Virus record (IMG/VR): IMGVR_UViG_3300044644_001556 | DNA from: a virus | Length of the DNA: 64,000 bases | Reading direction: 5' to 3' (one strand) | Shown here: positions 16,552-27,222 of the stretch, in pieces | Layout of the letters: the number at the start of each line of letters is the position of its first letter | Position numbering within the stretch: the first letter of the stretch is position 1 | Made by a program: the position numbers and the translations under genes | The notes under the pieces: model-generated | What the model saw: only the letters and a program-made list of their open reading frames with translations | Told to the model about the DNA's origin: nothing | The model's database searches: none

Positions 16552-18636
16552 TTACGCCAATACTTCTAAAGTAACAGCAAAAGAATAATATGTCGGTTTA
16601 ACGTCATCTGGTGTAAATGCAGCAACATCAGCCAATATCGGATTACTTATAGCAAAATCAGTTGATGGTGTATATGTATCTGCTGCAAAATATTGCAATT
16701 TAGTATTAATGTACAATACCGCATCTTTTAAAACTACACTTGAAAATGTAGGAGATGGGAAGCAGGTTGTATCAGAATTAATGATATTTGCACCGAAGGC
16801 TTTGAATGAATATGTAAAACCATCTAGCAAATCGTTAACCGCGAACGGTAATGAAGAATTAACTAAAATGCCGTTTAATACCGTATGTTTAATTGGTACA
16901 GTAACACCACCATTATTATATAAGGCTGGTGTAACATGGAAAGTATGGCGGCTAACCTTATCATTATATTCGATTACTAATGATACTTTAAATAATTTTT
17001 TAAAATTAGCTGCAGATATAGTTACATTAGATGAAGTTCCATCTACATTGTATTTTTTAGTTGCAGATGCGGTATTTTCTACAGTATATAAATCACCAAC
17101 ACCATCTACTTTAAAATCAAAGACGTATTGATTATGCGATAATAAATCTTTTATATCTTTTTTAGTTGCGATTTCTAAATTAACATTATGATCATTAAAT
17201 GTCGCTGGTTTTGCACCATAATATAAAATTTCGTTGATATATTTTGGCGTTATATTAACTGGAGGAACTGCACTAGAAGTTAACGATAATTCTTCGTAGG
17301 CTACCATCGAATGCCAACCGCCATTAACATTATCATAAACGTTTACTGTACGATCAATCGAAGCATTATTTAATTTACCAAAATAAACAGCCCCATCTTG
17401 ACCAGCTAGCGGTAATTTATTATTTGTGGTATATATTTGAGCATTTAAATTAACTGCAGCTCCGTTACTAATTACAAATAAACTATTAGAATCAGTTACT
17501 ATATTATTATTACCGTAGTATAACGTTCCGTTGCTTTCTGACGCTAATGTAATACTACTTTTTACTGGATTTATATATAACGCATTCCAAGAATTATCAT
17601 CGTATAATAAATTTAAAACATTAGTTGATTTATTATACCGTAATTTTGTTGCGATATAAGTCGATCCGGCAGTCGTATATTGAATTAATGAATCAGTATA
17701 TTGTTTATTAATAATATCATAATTATTAGTCGGTATTTGGTCTACTTGTAATTTATTACCCGGAGTATAAACTGCAACTTTTACTGGGTTTGCAATATCA
17801 TTAGCCGTAAATTTTAAAACATTATTTTCTGTAAATAATTGGTTAGTAAATGTAGTATTAGGTCTAGAGCCGATTACTGGATTGGTAGCCGAGGCATTAG
17901 TCGCCATACTACCACCAATATACGACCAAATAGGCGAACCGCCAGCATCAACATTAAAACCAGAACAAATATATAAACCAATACCACTTACTGGATTGGA
18001 ACTATAAAATAATTGACCTAATGTGGGATTAGCTGGTTTAGCTGAACCATTCTGAATAGCATTAACTGGCTGCCAATATTTAACTAATGATACATCAGAT
18101 AATATTAACATATAACTTGTATTTGTATCGGTATCGTACCAAATATCACCGACTGTATGATCTGCAGTAGATGGTTTAACGTTACTAGCAGTTAATTTAC
18201 CATCGACATATGATTTTGTTGCGTATGCGGTTAATGTATCGTTAGTTACAGTCGAGGTATTAACTAAAGCCCATTGGGAACCTGAAGCAATCGATATTAA
18301 GCTTTGATTTAATTGGTAATCAGTGCGGCGTGTTGGATCTGCTATCGCGATATCATAATTCGCGGACGAAATTGCAGCAGTTGTATGTTTAGTTTTACAT
18401 ACCAATAAACGATTTCCATCAAACCATAATTGGCCGGCGACTGGATTTCTCGGTTCATATATTGAATTAAAATTTTCTAATAATCTGACTAAATTAGTCC
18501 AAAAACCAGTACCGTAACCTCTATATTGCTTCCCGAATAATTGCAATGAGGTTGTTTCATCTAAAGAGTCTGGGGCTATATTAATCGTCGTTGGTGTATC
18601 TCCACCATAATTGATAATGTAATTTGTATCGGCCAT
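16552..18636 (-). CDS. virion fibre/baseplate-associated protein
   Basis: N-terminal TSL.LFG...YG...NL..LLENF..P.NP..GQLWFD domain; ATKSYVD; upstream TATAAATA. Confidence 0.65.
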   Translation of the reverse strand: MADTNYIINYGGDTPTTINIAPDSLDETTSLQLFGKQYRGYGTGFWTNLVRLLENFNSIYEPRNPVAGQLWFDGNRLLVCKTKHTTAAISSANYDIAIADPTRRTDYQLNQSLISIASGSQWALVNTSTVTNDTLTAYATKSYVDGKLTASNVKPSTADHTVGDIWYDTDTNTSYMLILSDVSLVKYWQPVNAIQNGSAKPANPTLGQLFYSSNPVSGIGLYICSGFNVDAGGSPIWSYIGGSMATNASATNPVIGSRPNTTFTNQLFTENNVLKFTANDIANPVKVAVYTPGNKLQVDQIPTNNYDIINKQYTDSLIQYTTAGSTYIATKLRYNKSTNVLNLLYDDNSWNALYINPVKSSITLASESNGTLYYGNNNIVTDSNSLFVISNGAAVNLNAQIYTTNNKLPLAGQDGAVYFGKLNNASIDRTVNVYDNVNGGWHSMVAYEELSLTSSAVPPVNITPKYINEILYYGAKPATFNDHNVNLEIATKKDIKDLLSHNQYVFDFKVDGVGDLYTVENTASATKKYNVDGTSSNVTISAANFKKLFKVSLVIEYNDKVSRHTFHVTPALYNNGGVTVPIKHTVLNGILVNSSLPFAVNDLLDGFTYSFKAFGANIINSDTTCFPSPTFSSVVLKDAVLYINTKLQYFAADTYTPSTDFAISNPILADVAAFTPDDVKPTYYSFAVTLEVLA

Positions 18637-18664
18637 GTTAGATTTTCCGTGGGAATAAATAACA

Positions 18665-18672
18665 TATTTATA
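18665..18672 (-). promoter_or_regulatory. T4-type late promoter-like motif
   Basis: TATAAATA about 30 nt upstream of a structural gene. Confidence 0.5.
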
Positions 18673-18701
18673 AACATAAAAACCACAAATTACTTTATTA
18701 A

Positions 18702-19496
18702 TTAAATATCAAACGTCTGCAAATCAAATCGCTTATAACATGATTCTGATGGATATCCTCTAGTATTAGATCTAATTTTGCAATTATCTAAATCAAATTG
18801 ATCACATCCATGTAAATGCCCATGTATCCAATATTGAATACTTCGATTATCTAGAATAAATTCTTCTAAACTAGAGCAATATAAACCATTCATAATAAAT
18901 GAACCTTTGTATCGGGCATCTATCGTTTCGAATGTTGGACTATGATGAGTTACTACTACTACTGGATCTTCGGATTGATAAGACGTAAAAAAATCAGTAA
19001 TAAATTGAATAAATTGTTGATGTAATGAATACCAATAATCTACATTGAATGGCTCGTGATTTTCAGTAATATAATGAAAATCGTTTAATAAACCGGCTGC
19101 TCGATATTTAGTCGATGGGTCGTTTTTATTTAAATCAGTCCACATAGTACCACCAATAAAAGTAACTCTGTCTAATTTTACAATTTCATTTTCTAAAATA
19201 TGCAAATTCGAATAACACTTAAATGCTTGTTTTAATTCGGGTAGATCAGTAATATCAGCTCCGTAATATTCATGATTACCCATTACCCAAATAACATGTT
19301 TATATAAATTAGTTACTTGATCGATAAATTTTAGAAATCGAGATATATTTCCGAATTTTACTGATTCGATATCGGTTTTTAAACGCGATATAGGCATTAT
19401 ATCGCCGGCTAAAATTAAAACATCCGCATTATCTACGTTATGAATTTCATAATCCGAAAATTCTAAATGCAAATCAGAACAGTATGTTACTTTCAT
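18702..19496 (-). CDS. calcineurin-like metallophosphoesterase
   Basis: SDLH, AGD, GNHE, THH.P, HGHLH. Confidence 0.88.
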   Translation of the reverse strand: MKVTYCSDLHLEFSDYEIHNVDNADVLILAGDIMPISRLKTDIESVKFGNISRFLKFIDQVTNLYKHVIWVMGNHEYYGADITDLPELKQAFKCYSNLHILENEIVKLDRVTFIGGTMWTDLNKNDPSTKYRAAGLLNDFHYITENHEPFNVDYWYSLHQQFIQFITDFFTSYQSEDPVVVVTHHSPTFETIDARYKGSFIMNGLYCSSLEEFILDNRSIQYWIHGHLHGCDQFDLDNCKIRSNTRGYPSESCYKRFDLQTFDI

Positions 19497-19512
19497 ATTA
19501 TTTTAAACCTTA

Positions 19513-19701
19513 CTATGATGAATAAAGTACAGGATGATAATTATCCAATACGCGGTTGATGCCTCGTACCAATAATATTGTTAATACTAGCCATACTAAT
19601 GGTATCAAGAAGAAGCTTGCAACTAATAATGCAACAATAACTACTATCAATGACATTAGCATATATAAAACGCCCATTTTTAAATACTCCGTATAAAACA
19701 A
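19513..19701 (-). CDS. small membrane protein
   Basis: Long hydrophobic stretch; start uncertain. Confidence 0.4.
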   Translation of the reverse strand: MFYTEYLKMGVLYMLMSLIVVIVALLVASFFLIPLVWLVLTILLVRGINRVLDNYHPVLYSS

Positions 19702-19799
19702 AATAGTTATTTATATTATAAACCGTTATTATCGCAGATTATAATAGTAGTTAATATTATAGCGCCGCATAGGTATATAAATTGCATCGAATCTAACAT

Positions 19800-20396
19800 T
19801 TAACCTCCGAATATATCAATTTGCCCTAGTTTTCTATCTTTCGCTAGCAAACACGCATCGGTCGTAATAATCTTATTTAATAATTTAAAATTTGTGATAT
19901 TAACTTCAGGCGGACCATTTAATATATCCATCTCATCGCGAATATTCATCCACAATTTACCTAAAATATTATCACCAATTAATAAACCATTACGTTCAAC
20001 CGTACCCCATAATTGATCTTTATGTGATTTTTCGACTATATCGCGATTACCAACCTCATTTAAAATACGTTTAATAAAAACGCTATTTTGATAAAATTTT
20101 AATCGCAAACAAAAATCCATTACTTCGACTCGAACATCATGCCAATCATCTCGAGTATATAATTTTCTATATTTTTTACTGGTCATTTTACTAGCCATAC
20201 CAGAATGCCCTTTTAATATCTCGGCTTGGTAATCAGGGAAATCTGGGAATCTACATGCTTGATATAACGCTTCGGTATTTTTAATTTTAACGCCGCCGAT
20301 AGTTACGCCATAATCATTCGACATATTAGATAACTCACCCCATTTTTCTTTTACTTTATTAAAAACGCAAGCTTCAGTTATAATATATTGGTCCAT
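19800..20396 (-). CDS. NADAR family protein
   Basis: LSNM, TEALYQA.RF, R.DW, LKF.QN, IVE.S..D..WG, G.N.LGKLWM.IRD. Confidence 0.88.
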   Translation of the reverse strand: MDQYIITEACVFNKVKEKWGELSNMSNDYGVTIGGVKIKNTEALYQACRFPDFPDYQAEILKGHSGMASKMTSKKYRKLYTRDDWHDVRVEVMDFCLRLKFYQNSVFIKRILNEVGNRDIVEKSHKDQLWGTVERNGLLIGDNILGKLWMNIRDEMDILNGPPEVNITNFKLLNKIITTDACLLAKDRKLGQIDIFGG

Positions 20397-20426
20397 ATTT
20401 ATCTCTCGATCTGATTGAAAAATAGT

Positions 20427-20455
20427 ATTATATCATAAAAGTAATACTAAGTCAA
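20427..20455 (-). promoter_or_regulatory. sigma70 promoter with extended -10
   Basis: TTGACT-N17-TATAAT with TGn. Confidence 0.75.
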
Positions 20456-20501
20456 TAATATGAGTTAAATACTTCTTTTTATATTATAATTATTAATTTT
20501 T

Positions 20502-21161
20502 ATGCAATATACTCATAATCCAATAGATATCCCAGATCTCGAAACTTCTTATAAAAACGGCTTGCGTTATTATCATTGTGGTGATAACAAATACCCATCC
20601 ATTACTTCGGTATTAGGATCGGAGCCAAAACCATATCTAATTGAATGGAGAAATCGAATCGGTAATTCAGCCGCAGATAAAGAAATGCAGCGTTGTGCGA
20701 CTAGAGGTACTAATGTACATGCCTTAGCCGAACTATATTTAAATAATATGGAAATAGATAAATCGAAATATGAAAAATCCGATATTGTAATGTTTAATAA
20801 ATTAAAAGTTGGATTAGCTAAAATTGATAATATATTAGCTCAGGAATGCGCGTTACATAGTGATTTTTTAGAAGTAGCCGGTAGATGCGATGTCGTAGCT
20901 CATTATAATAATAAACTATCAATTATTGATTTTAAAACCTCGAATGGAGTTAAAACCGAAGAACAGGTTTTCGATTATTTTTTACAAGAGACGTTTTATA
21001 TGATGGCGTTATTGGAACAAACTGGAATTGAAGCTGAGCAGATTGTTACTATTATATCAGTAGAAAAACAATTAGCGCCTCAGATTTTTATTAAAAGTCC
21101 GAAGCCTTATATTAAGCCATTAATGCATAGAATAGATAAATTTTATAAACGGGAATATTAA
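20502..21161 (+). CDS. PD-(D/E)XK exonuclease (Cas4/RecB-like phage nuclease)
   Basis: YPSITSVL, RGT.VH, AGRCD, IIDFKTS, Y.LQ. Confidence 0.85.
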   Translation: MQYTHNPIDIPDLETSYKNGLRYYHCGDNKYPSITSVLGSEPKPYLIEWRNRIGNSAADKEMQRCATRGTNVHALAELYLNNMEIDKSKYEKSDIVMFNKLKVGLAKIDNILAQECALHSDFLEVAGRCDVVAHYNNKLSIIDFKTSNGVKTEEQVFDYFLQETFYMMALLEQTGIEAEQIVTIISVEKQLAPQIFIKSPKPYIKPLMHRIDKFYKREY

Positions 21162-21352
21162 TCGTTTTGGCTATTTAGATATTCTATTATTAACTCTATA
21201 GCCAATAATAAACCGGCACCATACCCAAAAGCATAAGTTGTTTTATGATTTAAAGTTTTATTATATTCGTCTTGTAATCGTAATAAAATATCTTGCATAT
21301 ATTATCTCCTGCTGCGAAATATATTATATAATTCAAAACAATAAAAATCAAG

Positions 21353-22285
21353 TTATGCTTTAATGCCGGTCAAGGTAAATGATATTTTTTCAATTGCTGT
21401 TGTCGTAGTTCTAGTAATAGTAAATTTAGTATCCGGTTCTACTGTGCAATAAGTATCACTAAAAGTAGTTCCGATACTAGAGCAAGTTACGTAATAATTT
21501 CCCGATAATGCATTAGGTACTGTAATTTGACAAGATGCAATACCAATTGGTAAATTAATTGAACCAGTAACTAAAACTGTAGTTACTGAACTGCTACGTG
21601 ATTCAGTATAAGTAATTCCATTATTAATAGCACCAGCCGAGTCAATTATAACTTCAGTCATATTATGAGTAATAGTTAGTTTTATATTATCGTCTACATA
21701 TTTTTTCGTAGAGGCGTAAGATGAGTCAATTGTATTATCTGGTAATATTATTGCCCCATTTTTCGCACCGCCGACCAATTTAAGAAAATTACTTAATTCT
21801 GGGGGAGCCTCATTTCCACAATCGCATAATTTATTAAGAACATATTGTTTATTTGCTAATGATAGGTTATTGCTGGTACTCGTTATATTATTCAATAAAA
21901 GATGATCGATGACTCTATCATCCGATTTATTAAGCAAAATATAATTTTGTAATTTAGTTTTTAATATTGCTTCGGTAACATAATTTGTAACATTCGGCGA
22001 TTCTACATTACTAATAGCAACCCAATCAGTTCCAGTATATAATTTTAATTGATCATAAAATGAATCAAACCATAATTGGCCTTCAATTAGTTGATCGCCG
22101 TATCCGGGCGGATATTCGCCGCAAAAATTTTCGCACAGGTGCAATAAATTAGTATTTAAATAACTACCCCAATCAATTCTATCACGTCCGAATAATGTTA
22201 ACGATGTATCATTATTTAAGGTATTCGCTAATACAGTAATCGGTTTTTTTGTATTATTCGTAAAATCAATAATATAGTCAGACAT
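21353..22285 (-). CDS. fibre-like virion protein C'
   Basis: Shared N-domain; LFGR..DWG, PGY..Q..EGQLWFDS, CxC as in 24190..25173. Confidence 0.65.
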   Translation of the reverse strand: MSDYIIDFTNNTKKPITVLANTLNNDTSLTLFGRDRIDWGSYLNTNLLHLCENFCGEYPPGYGDQLIEGQLWFDSFYDQLKLYTGTDWVAISNVESPNVTNYVTEAILKTKLQNYILLNKSDDRVIDHLLLNNITSTSNNLSLANKQYVLNKLCDCGNEAPPELSNFLKLVGGAKNGAIILPDNTIDSSYASTKKYVDDNIKLTITHNMTEVIIDSAGAINNGITYTESRSSSVTTVLVTGSINLPIGIASCQITVPNALSGNYYVTCSSIGTTFSDTYCTVEPDTKFTITRTTTTAIEKISFTLTGIKA

Positions 22286-22294
22286 ATATTTCCT

Positions 22295-23266
22295 TTATGA
22301 TACTGAATTATTAGATGGTAATGCTTGTAAACCCATTACACTACCACTTATATTTAATTCGCCGGTTGTATCCGGTCTAGTGATAGTAAAAGAATGATTA
22401 TTAACTATAGTAACATGCAATTTAGTATATTTACCAATTGATTTACAATTAACAACCATATTAAATGCTGGTTTAATTTTAGCTACTGCCGAATCCATAA
22501 AATTAACCGGTAAATCTATAGTAATTGAATTTGCTGCGTCTGCTATAACTGCATTAAATTGAATCGAGGTAAATAATCCCGGTAAATTATTGGTCGTTGT
22601 GTTTTTTATCGTATATGTTGTTATTTTTTTAGAAGTATCTGAAGTATCTTCAACCGGATCGATAGATCCGATAGTTTGAACATATCTAATATTAGCTAAC
22701 GCACCATCTGGCGAACTAGAATTCAAATCGCCCAATAATAACGGGCCGGTCATTGATACTTGACCGTCAATTGCTACGAAATTATAATTTCCTTCGGTTA
22801 AAACGGTATCGACGTATAATTTAGTAACTGCTTCATTATTTAATTCAATAGTGGATGAACTTAAAATAGAACATAATGTATCAGGTCCATCGTACGTAAT
22901 ATATGATTTTAATATAGTATCTAGAACTAAAGAACTATTACTAATAGTAGGAATAGAATCGATGTATATAATATCGATCTTATCAGTATTTGGTTTTATA
23001 TTAATTTCATTCCATGATGTATTAAAAACATTTAATTTTTTAGTTTGGCTATTATAATAAACTTGGCCTTGTATTGGTTTTAAAGGCGGAGTTGTATTGC
23101 AAAAATTCTCAGTTAAATGTAATAAATTAGTTAATAAATCTTGCCCATAATTATAAGAATCATTACCAATTAATGTAAGTGAAGTTTCTTTATTTCTAGA
23201 TTTATAATTAATAATAAATGGAGTTGTATTTTTATCATTATATGAATAAATTGATAAATTACTCAT
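22295..23266 (-). CDS. fibre-like virion protein B'
   Basis: GQVYYN, PNTD..I.YID.IP as in 25170..26189. Confidence 0.65.
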   Translation of the reverse strand: MSNLSIYSYNDKNTTPFIINYKSRNKETSLTLIGNDSYNYGQDLLTNLLHLTENFCNTTPPLKPIQGQVYYNSQTKKLNVFNTSWNEINIKPNTDKIDIIYIDSIPTISNSSLVLDTILKSYITYDGPDTLCSILSSSTIELNNEAVTKLYVDTVLTEGNYNFVAIDGQVSMTGPLLLGDLNSSSPDGALANIRYVQTIGSIDPVEDTSDTSKKITTYTIKNTTTNNLPGLFTSIQFNAVIADAANSITIDLPVNFMDSAVAKIKPAFNMVVNCKSIGKYTKLHVTIVNNHSFTITRPDTTGELNISGSVMGLQALPSNNSVS

Positions 23267-24162
23267 GCTGAATACCCTATAATTGTAAACATTACTGTCG
23301 ATGCAACCACGCCGCTTTTAGTTATAGTAATTGTCCCTTTTTTATTAGCAAAATCTAATTTAACGGCGGTGTTACTAACCGCGTCAGCATCGAAAGTATT
23401 ACTATTAACACTATAATTAATTAAATTACTAACGTCATCTAATTTAATTGTGGTATTAGTATCGCTAGCACCTAAATAAGCAACACCGTAAATATAAGTT
23501 AATTTCGACGGTAAAAAAGTAACAATACTATAACAACCATTAGTTAAAATAACTTCATTGGTTATAGTCATTACCGGCAAATTATCATCTACATATTTTT
23601 TAGTAATAGCAGTATATTCACTAGAAAACTCATTAATTTTTACATTAGATATAATTGGACCCGAAGTAGGTTCAGGATTTCCAGTTAATGGAATAAATCC
23701 AGTCGGTCCACTAGGTTTTAATTTATCGACAAATTCTTTAGTTACTGCACTATAACCACTAGCATTATCTGATAATGGCTTTAATAATAATGGACCGCTC
23801 ATCATCCCATTAGATAACGGCAAATACTTATTTAATTTAATACCTAAATCATGTTCGGTTATGGCATCAGTCGGTTGTTTAGGTTTTTTGGAATAACCCA
23901 AATCAATCCATTCGGTTTTTGATTTAACTTTTAAATTATTATCTGATGTATCGTACCATAATTGCCCAATAATTGAATTTATAGGTTCATCATCATTACT
24001 AAAATGTTCTAATAAATGCAATAAATTAGAATTTAGATCTTTACTATAATTAATTGAATTTTTTCCGTGTAGTATTAATGGCGTCTGAGCATTATACGAT
24101 CGTTCAGGTATTAATAAATTTGTTTTATCAATATCTGTAAATTCTATAGTGTAATTAGTCAC
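23263..24162 (-). CDS. fibre-like virion protein A'
   Basis: TP..L.GK, PSKL.YIYG.AYLGA as in 26186..27106. Confidence 0.65.
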   Translation of the reverse strand: MTNYTIEFTDIDKTNLLIPERSYNAQTPLILHGKNSINYSKDLNSNLLHLLEHFSNDDEPINSIIGQLWYDTSDNNLKVKSKTEWIDLGYSKKPKQPTDAITEHDLGIKLNKYLPLSNGMMSGPLLLKPLSDNASGYSAVTKEFVDKLKPSGPTGFIPLTGNPEPTSGPIISNVKINEFSSEYTAITKKYVDDNLPVMTITNEVILTNGCYSIVTFLPSKLTYIYGVAYLGASDTNTTIKLDDVSNLINYSVNSNTFDADAVSNTAVKLDFANKKGTITITKSGVVASTVMFTIIGYSA

Positions 24163-24189
24163 GATTACTCCGAAATGCGTTTTGTTTGT

Positions 24190-25173
24190 TTAGGTCGAAC
24201 TATTAGTTTCAGAACTAATCATCCCATTTATCATAATATTGATAATTTCATCCACTGAACTAATAATTCTAGATATAGAAATTGATTTATCGTCTACTAT
24301 AGTATATGATATATTATTGGTTTTACCGGAATTCGGATCATTTGGCGTATATTGAAATATACTACTAGAAACCAAACATGTATAATCACCGACGAATGGT
24401 GTGTTCCAACTAATTGTCGCTTCAGTTTCGTTAATTGGGAATTTAAAATGTCCGGATATAGTCATTAATTTTTCATTTAAAGATTCGGTTGTATAACTTA
24501 TTAAATCATTAACGTTAGTAATACCGCCGGTTATTGTAATATTAGTATCGGTGGTATGTTTAAAAATTGATTTATTATCAACGTAACTTTTATATGCTGC
24601 AGTATGCGACGTATAATACATTTCTGGTACGTGAATTATATTGGTCGTCGTATCTCCCGTATTCTTTAAATACCCATCCATACTACTATCGCCGGCATAT
24701 AAACAAGCACAAACTCGATCTTTTACGTATCTTTTAGTAGCTAATGCATTATCGTTACTAGATACCGTTAATAATAAAGGTCCGGTCATTTTTTTAGTAT
24801 TTCCGGATATATTAATATAATCAGATAATGTATTGTTTAAAATATCCTTAGTTACATAATTTTCTATAGTATTAAACTCGGCATTACATATTACATCCCA
24901 AGTTAAAAAAATAGGATCAATGCATAATTTTAATTGTTTGGTTGCAGAATCAAACCATAATTGACCTTCCAATACTTGGTTATTATAACCCGGTTCATAA
25001 TCATTATTAAAATTATCTAATAATTTTAAAAAATTTTGATTTAATAGTTTACCCCAATCGGTACTACTCCGACCGAATAAAGCTAAAGTAGTTTCATTAT
25101 TAATAGTATTCGGCTTAATTTCTATTGTCGATTTACTATCTAAAAATTTTATATAATAATTATCTGATATCAT
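24190..25173 (-). CDS. fibre-like virion protein C
   Basis: Shared N-domain; MTGPLLL, ATKRYV fibre motifs. Confidence 0.65.
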   Translation of the reverse strand: MISDNYYIKFLDSKSTIEIKPNTINNETTLALFGRSSTDWGKLLNQNFLKLLDNFNNDYEPGYNNQVLEGQLWFDSATKQLKLCIDPIFLTWDVICNAEFNTIENYVTKDILNNTLSDYINISGNTKKMTGPLLLTVSSNDNALATKRYVKDRVCACLYAGDSSMDGYLKNTGDTTTNIIHVPEMYYTSHTAAYKSYVDNKSIFKHTTDTNITITGGITNVNDLISYTTESLNEKLMTISGHFKFPINETEATISWNTPFVGDYTCLVSSSIFQYTPNDPNSGKTNNISYTIVDDKSISISRIISSVDEIINIMINGMISSETNSST

Positions 25174-26189
25174 ATTAAATTACACTCATTCGTAATAACT
25201 GATGGGCTTTTTAATTCAGCTGATCTAAAACCAAATATAGTACCTTGAACTAATAAAGAACCAGTTTCTTCCGATCGTCTAAGAATAAATTGCGATCCGG
25301 ATAATACAGAAACAGAAACCCGTTTATGTAATGTTTTCGAATTACATACAATTGACATTTCATATTTAGTATTGTCGGTTTTTGTTGGTATGAATGCGAA
25401 TGGTAATGTAATAGTTTTATTTTTTTTATCTGGTAATGTACTACTAATACTAGTAGAAAAATTAATTACAGTAAATGCATTCGATTGATCTATTTTTCCA
25501 TTATCTAATAATCGACCAGTATTACGATAAGTAGTTATCATCATTTTTGTATCTGGATCTGCCGAATCAGTATAATTATAACTAAGAGTTGATAATTGAC
25601 CACAATTATCAACATACCCGACAGTAGCTGCTATATTTTTATTATCGAATCGAGATGGCGTTAATAGCAATAGCGATCCGGTCATATGAACTGAGCCGAC
25701 ATCCCGTTTCATATATTCCGATTTTACTTTAGATGGGATAACTGTATTTACGTATTGTATTGATACGGCTTCATTATCGTCAGTAAATTTTGTTTTTGAT
25801 GTTGTTATATCAACTGATTTAATATTTCCGGATAATGGTAAATAATTTACCAGCTCTTCTTTTAATGACATTGATCCGTTATTAATTGCTGGTATTTTAT
25901 CGACATAAACAATACCTAATGGGTCAGTATTAGGAGTGGTTATAATAGGCTGCCATTCAGTCGAGGTATAAACATTTAATTGTTTAGTTTCGTTATTATA
26001 ATATGTCTGACCTAATATCGGATTTTGTGGTTCATTGGGGCCGCAATAATTATTAGCTAATCTAATTAAATTAGTTAATAATTGCTCGCCGAAATTCGCA
26101 GCATCTGCTCCGACTAATACTAATGATGTTTCATTATTAACATCATCGATGGTATATGATTTTGATTGATTTGTTGATTTTATAATCAT
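25170..26189 (-). CDS. fibre-like virion protein B
   Basis: Shared N-domain; YLPLSG, MTGSLLL, AAT..YVD. Confidence 0.65.
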   Translation of the reverse strand: MIIKSTNQSKSYTIDDVNNETSLVLVGADAANFGEQLLTNLIRLANNYCGPNEPQNPILGQTYYNNETKQLNVYTSTEWQPIITTPNTDPLGIVYVDKIPAINNGSMSLKEELVNYLPLSGNIKSVDITTSKTKFTDDNEAVSIQYVNTVIPSKVKSEYMKRDVGSVHMTGSLLLLTPSRFDNKNIAATVGYVDNCGQLSTLSYNYTDSADPDTKMMITTYRNTGRLLDNGKIDQSNAFTVINFSTSISSTLPDKKNKTITLPFAFIPTKTDNTKYEMSIVCNSKTLHKRVSVSVLSGSQFILRRSEETGSLLVQGTIFGFRSAELKSPSVITNECNLI

Positions 26190-27106
26190 GATGTAAACCC
26201 CGTAATCATATAATACGCCTTTACTGCTACTGAATGACCATGTCTAATAATTTTAAATTCACCGGAATTAATATTATCAGTAATAATAGCGCAATCTACT
26301 GTTATATTTTCATCAACTATATCAATTATGTTAACTTGGGCATTATAACCATATAATGGGATATAATTTGATATATTGATAGTTATTATATTAGATTCGG
26401 CACCAATATACGCTGTTCCGAAAATATGAATTAATTTAGATGGGGTAAACCTAACGATATTAATCGTTCCTTGTACTGCATTGCTAGTCGAAGTTAAAGA
26501 TAACCCTTCTCTAATCTCGATTTGCGTGATAGTATTATCTACGTAATCTACCGTAACAACTTGATTATTTACGGTCGGGAGTTCATTCTTTAAATATAAT
26601 TTACCGGTTGCTAAATCATTACCAGATAATGGAATATATAAATGATCTTGAGGTATTTTACTATCTACGTATTTTTTAGTAGCTGCAGTTTCGTCTAAAT
26701 CGGAGTCGTTATTATCACACAATAATAAAGAACCTAACATATTACCGCCGGTTATCGGTAAGTAATTAGATAATTTTGATGTTACTTCAGCATTTAATAC
26801 TGCGTCCGATGGAATTACTGGAGGTCGAGTATATCCAACTTCTCGATATCCATCCGCCGATTCTTTTACCATTAATTTATCATTTTTACTATCGAACCAT
26901 AATTGCCCAACCACATCATTTAATGGAGCTGTATCATCAGCAAAGTTTTCTAATAAATTTAATAAGTTCTGATTTACATGACTACCCCATGATGTGCATG
27001 ATTTACCAATCAGTGTTATTGGAGTATCAGTATTAATTGATTTATACGGCACCCGGATCGCCTTATTATCGACATTCGAAAATTCAATTACGTAATTATC
27101 AGTCAT
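26186..27106 (-). CDS. fibre-like virion protein A
   Basis: Shared N-domain; YLPITGG.M.G.L.L, AATKKYVD. Confidence 0.65.
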   Translation of the reverse strand: MTDNYVIEFSNVDNKAIRVPYKSINTDTPITLIGKSCTSWGSHVNQNLLNLLENFADDTAPLNDVVGQLWFDSKNDKLMVKESADGYREVGYTRPPVIPSDAVLNAEVTSKLSNYLPITGGNMLGSLLLCDNNDSDLDETAATKKYVDSKIPQDHLYIPLSGNDLATGKLYLKNELPTVNNQVVTVDYVDNTITQIEIREGLSLTSTSNAVQGTINIVRFTPSKLIHIFGTAYIGAESNIITINISNYIPLYGYNAQVNIIDIVDENITVDCAIITDNINSGEFKIIRHGHSVAVKAYYMITGFTS

Positions 27107-27222
27107 AAGACACCATTAATTCTTAATCGCACAGAAAACCCCATTAGATACATATATCGGTATATTTATGCGTCTAATAGGGTTATAAAACCAAAAACTA
27201 TTATTTAATAAACGAAATCGTT

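Noticed and set aside
16709-17131. Antisense or alternate-frame ORFs nested in long genes (also 1217, 2673, 2827, 10974, 14363, 22851, 23558, 26776, 30783, 31139, 40794, 43098, 44398, 46353)
   Set aside because: They overlap better-supported genes and show no recognisable motifs.
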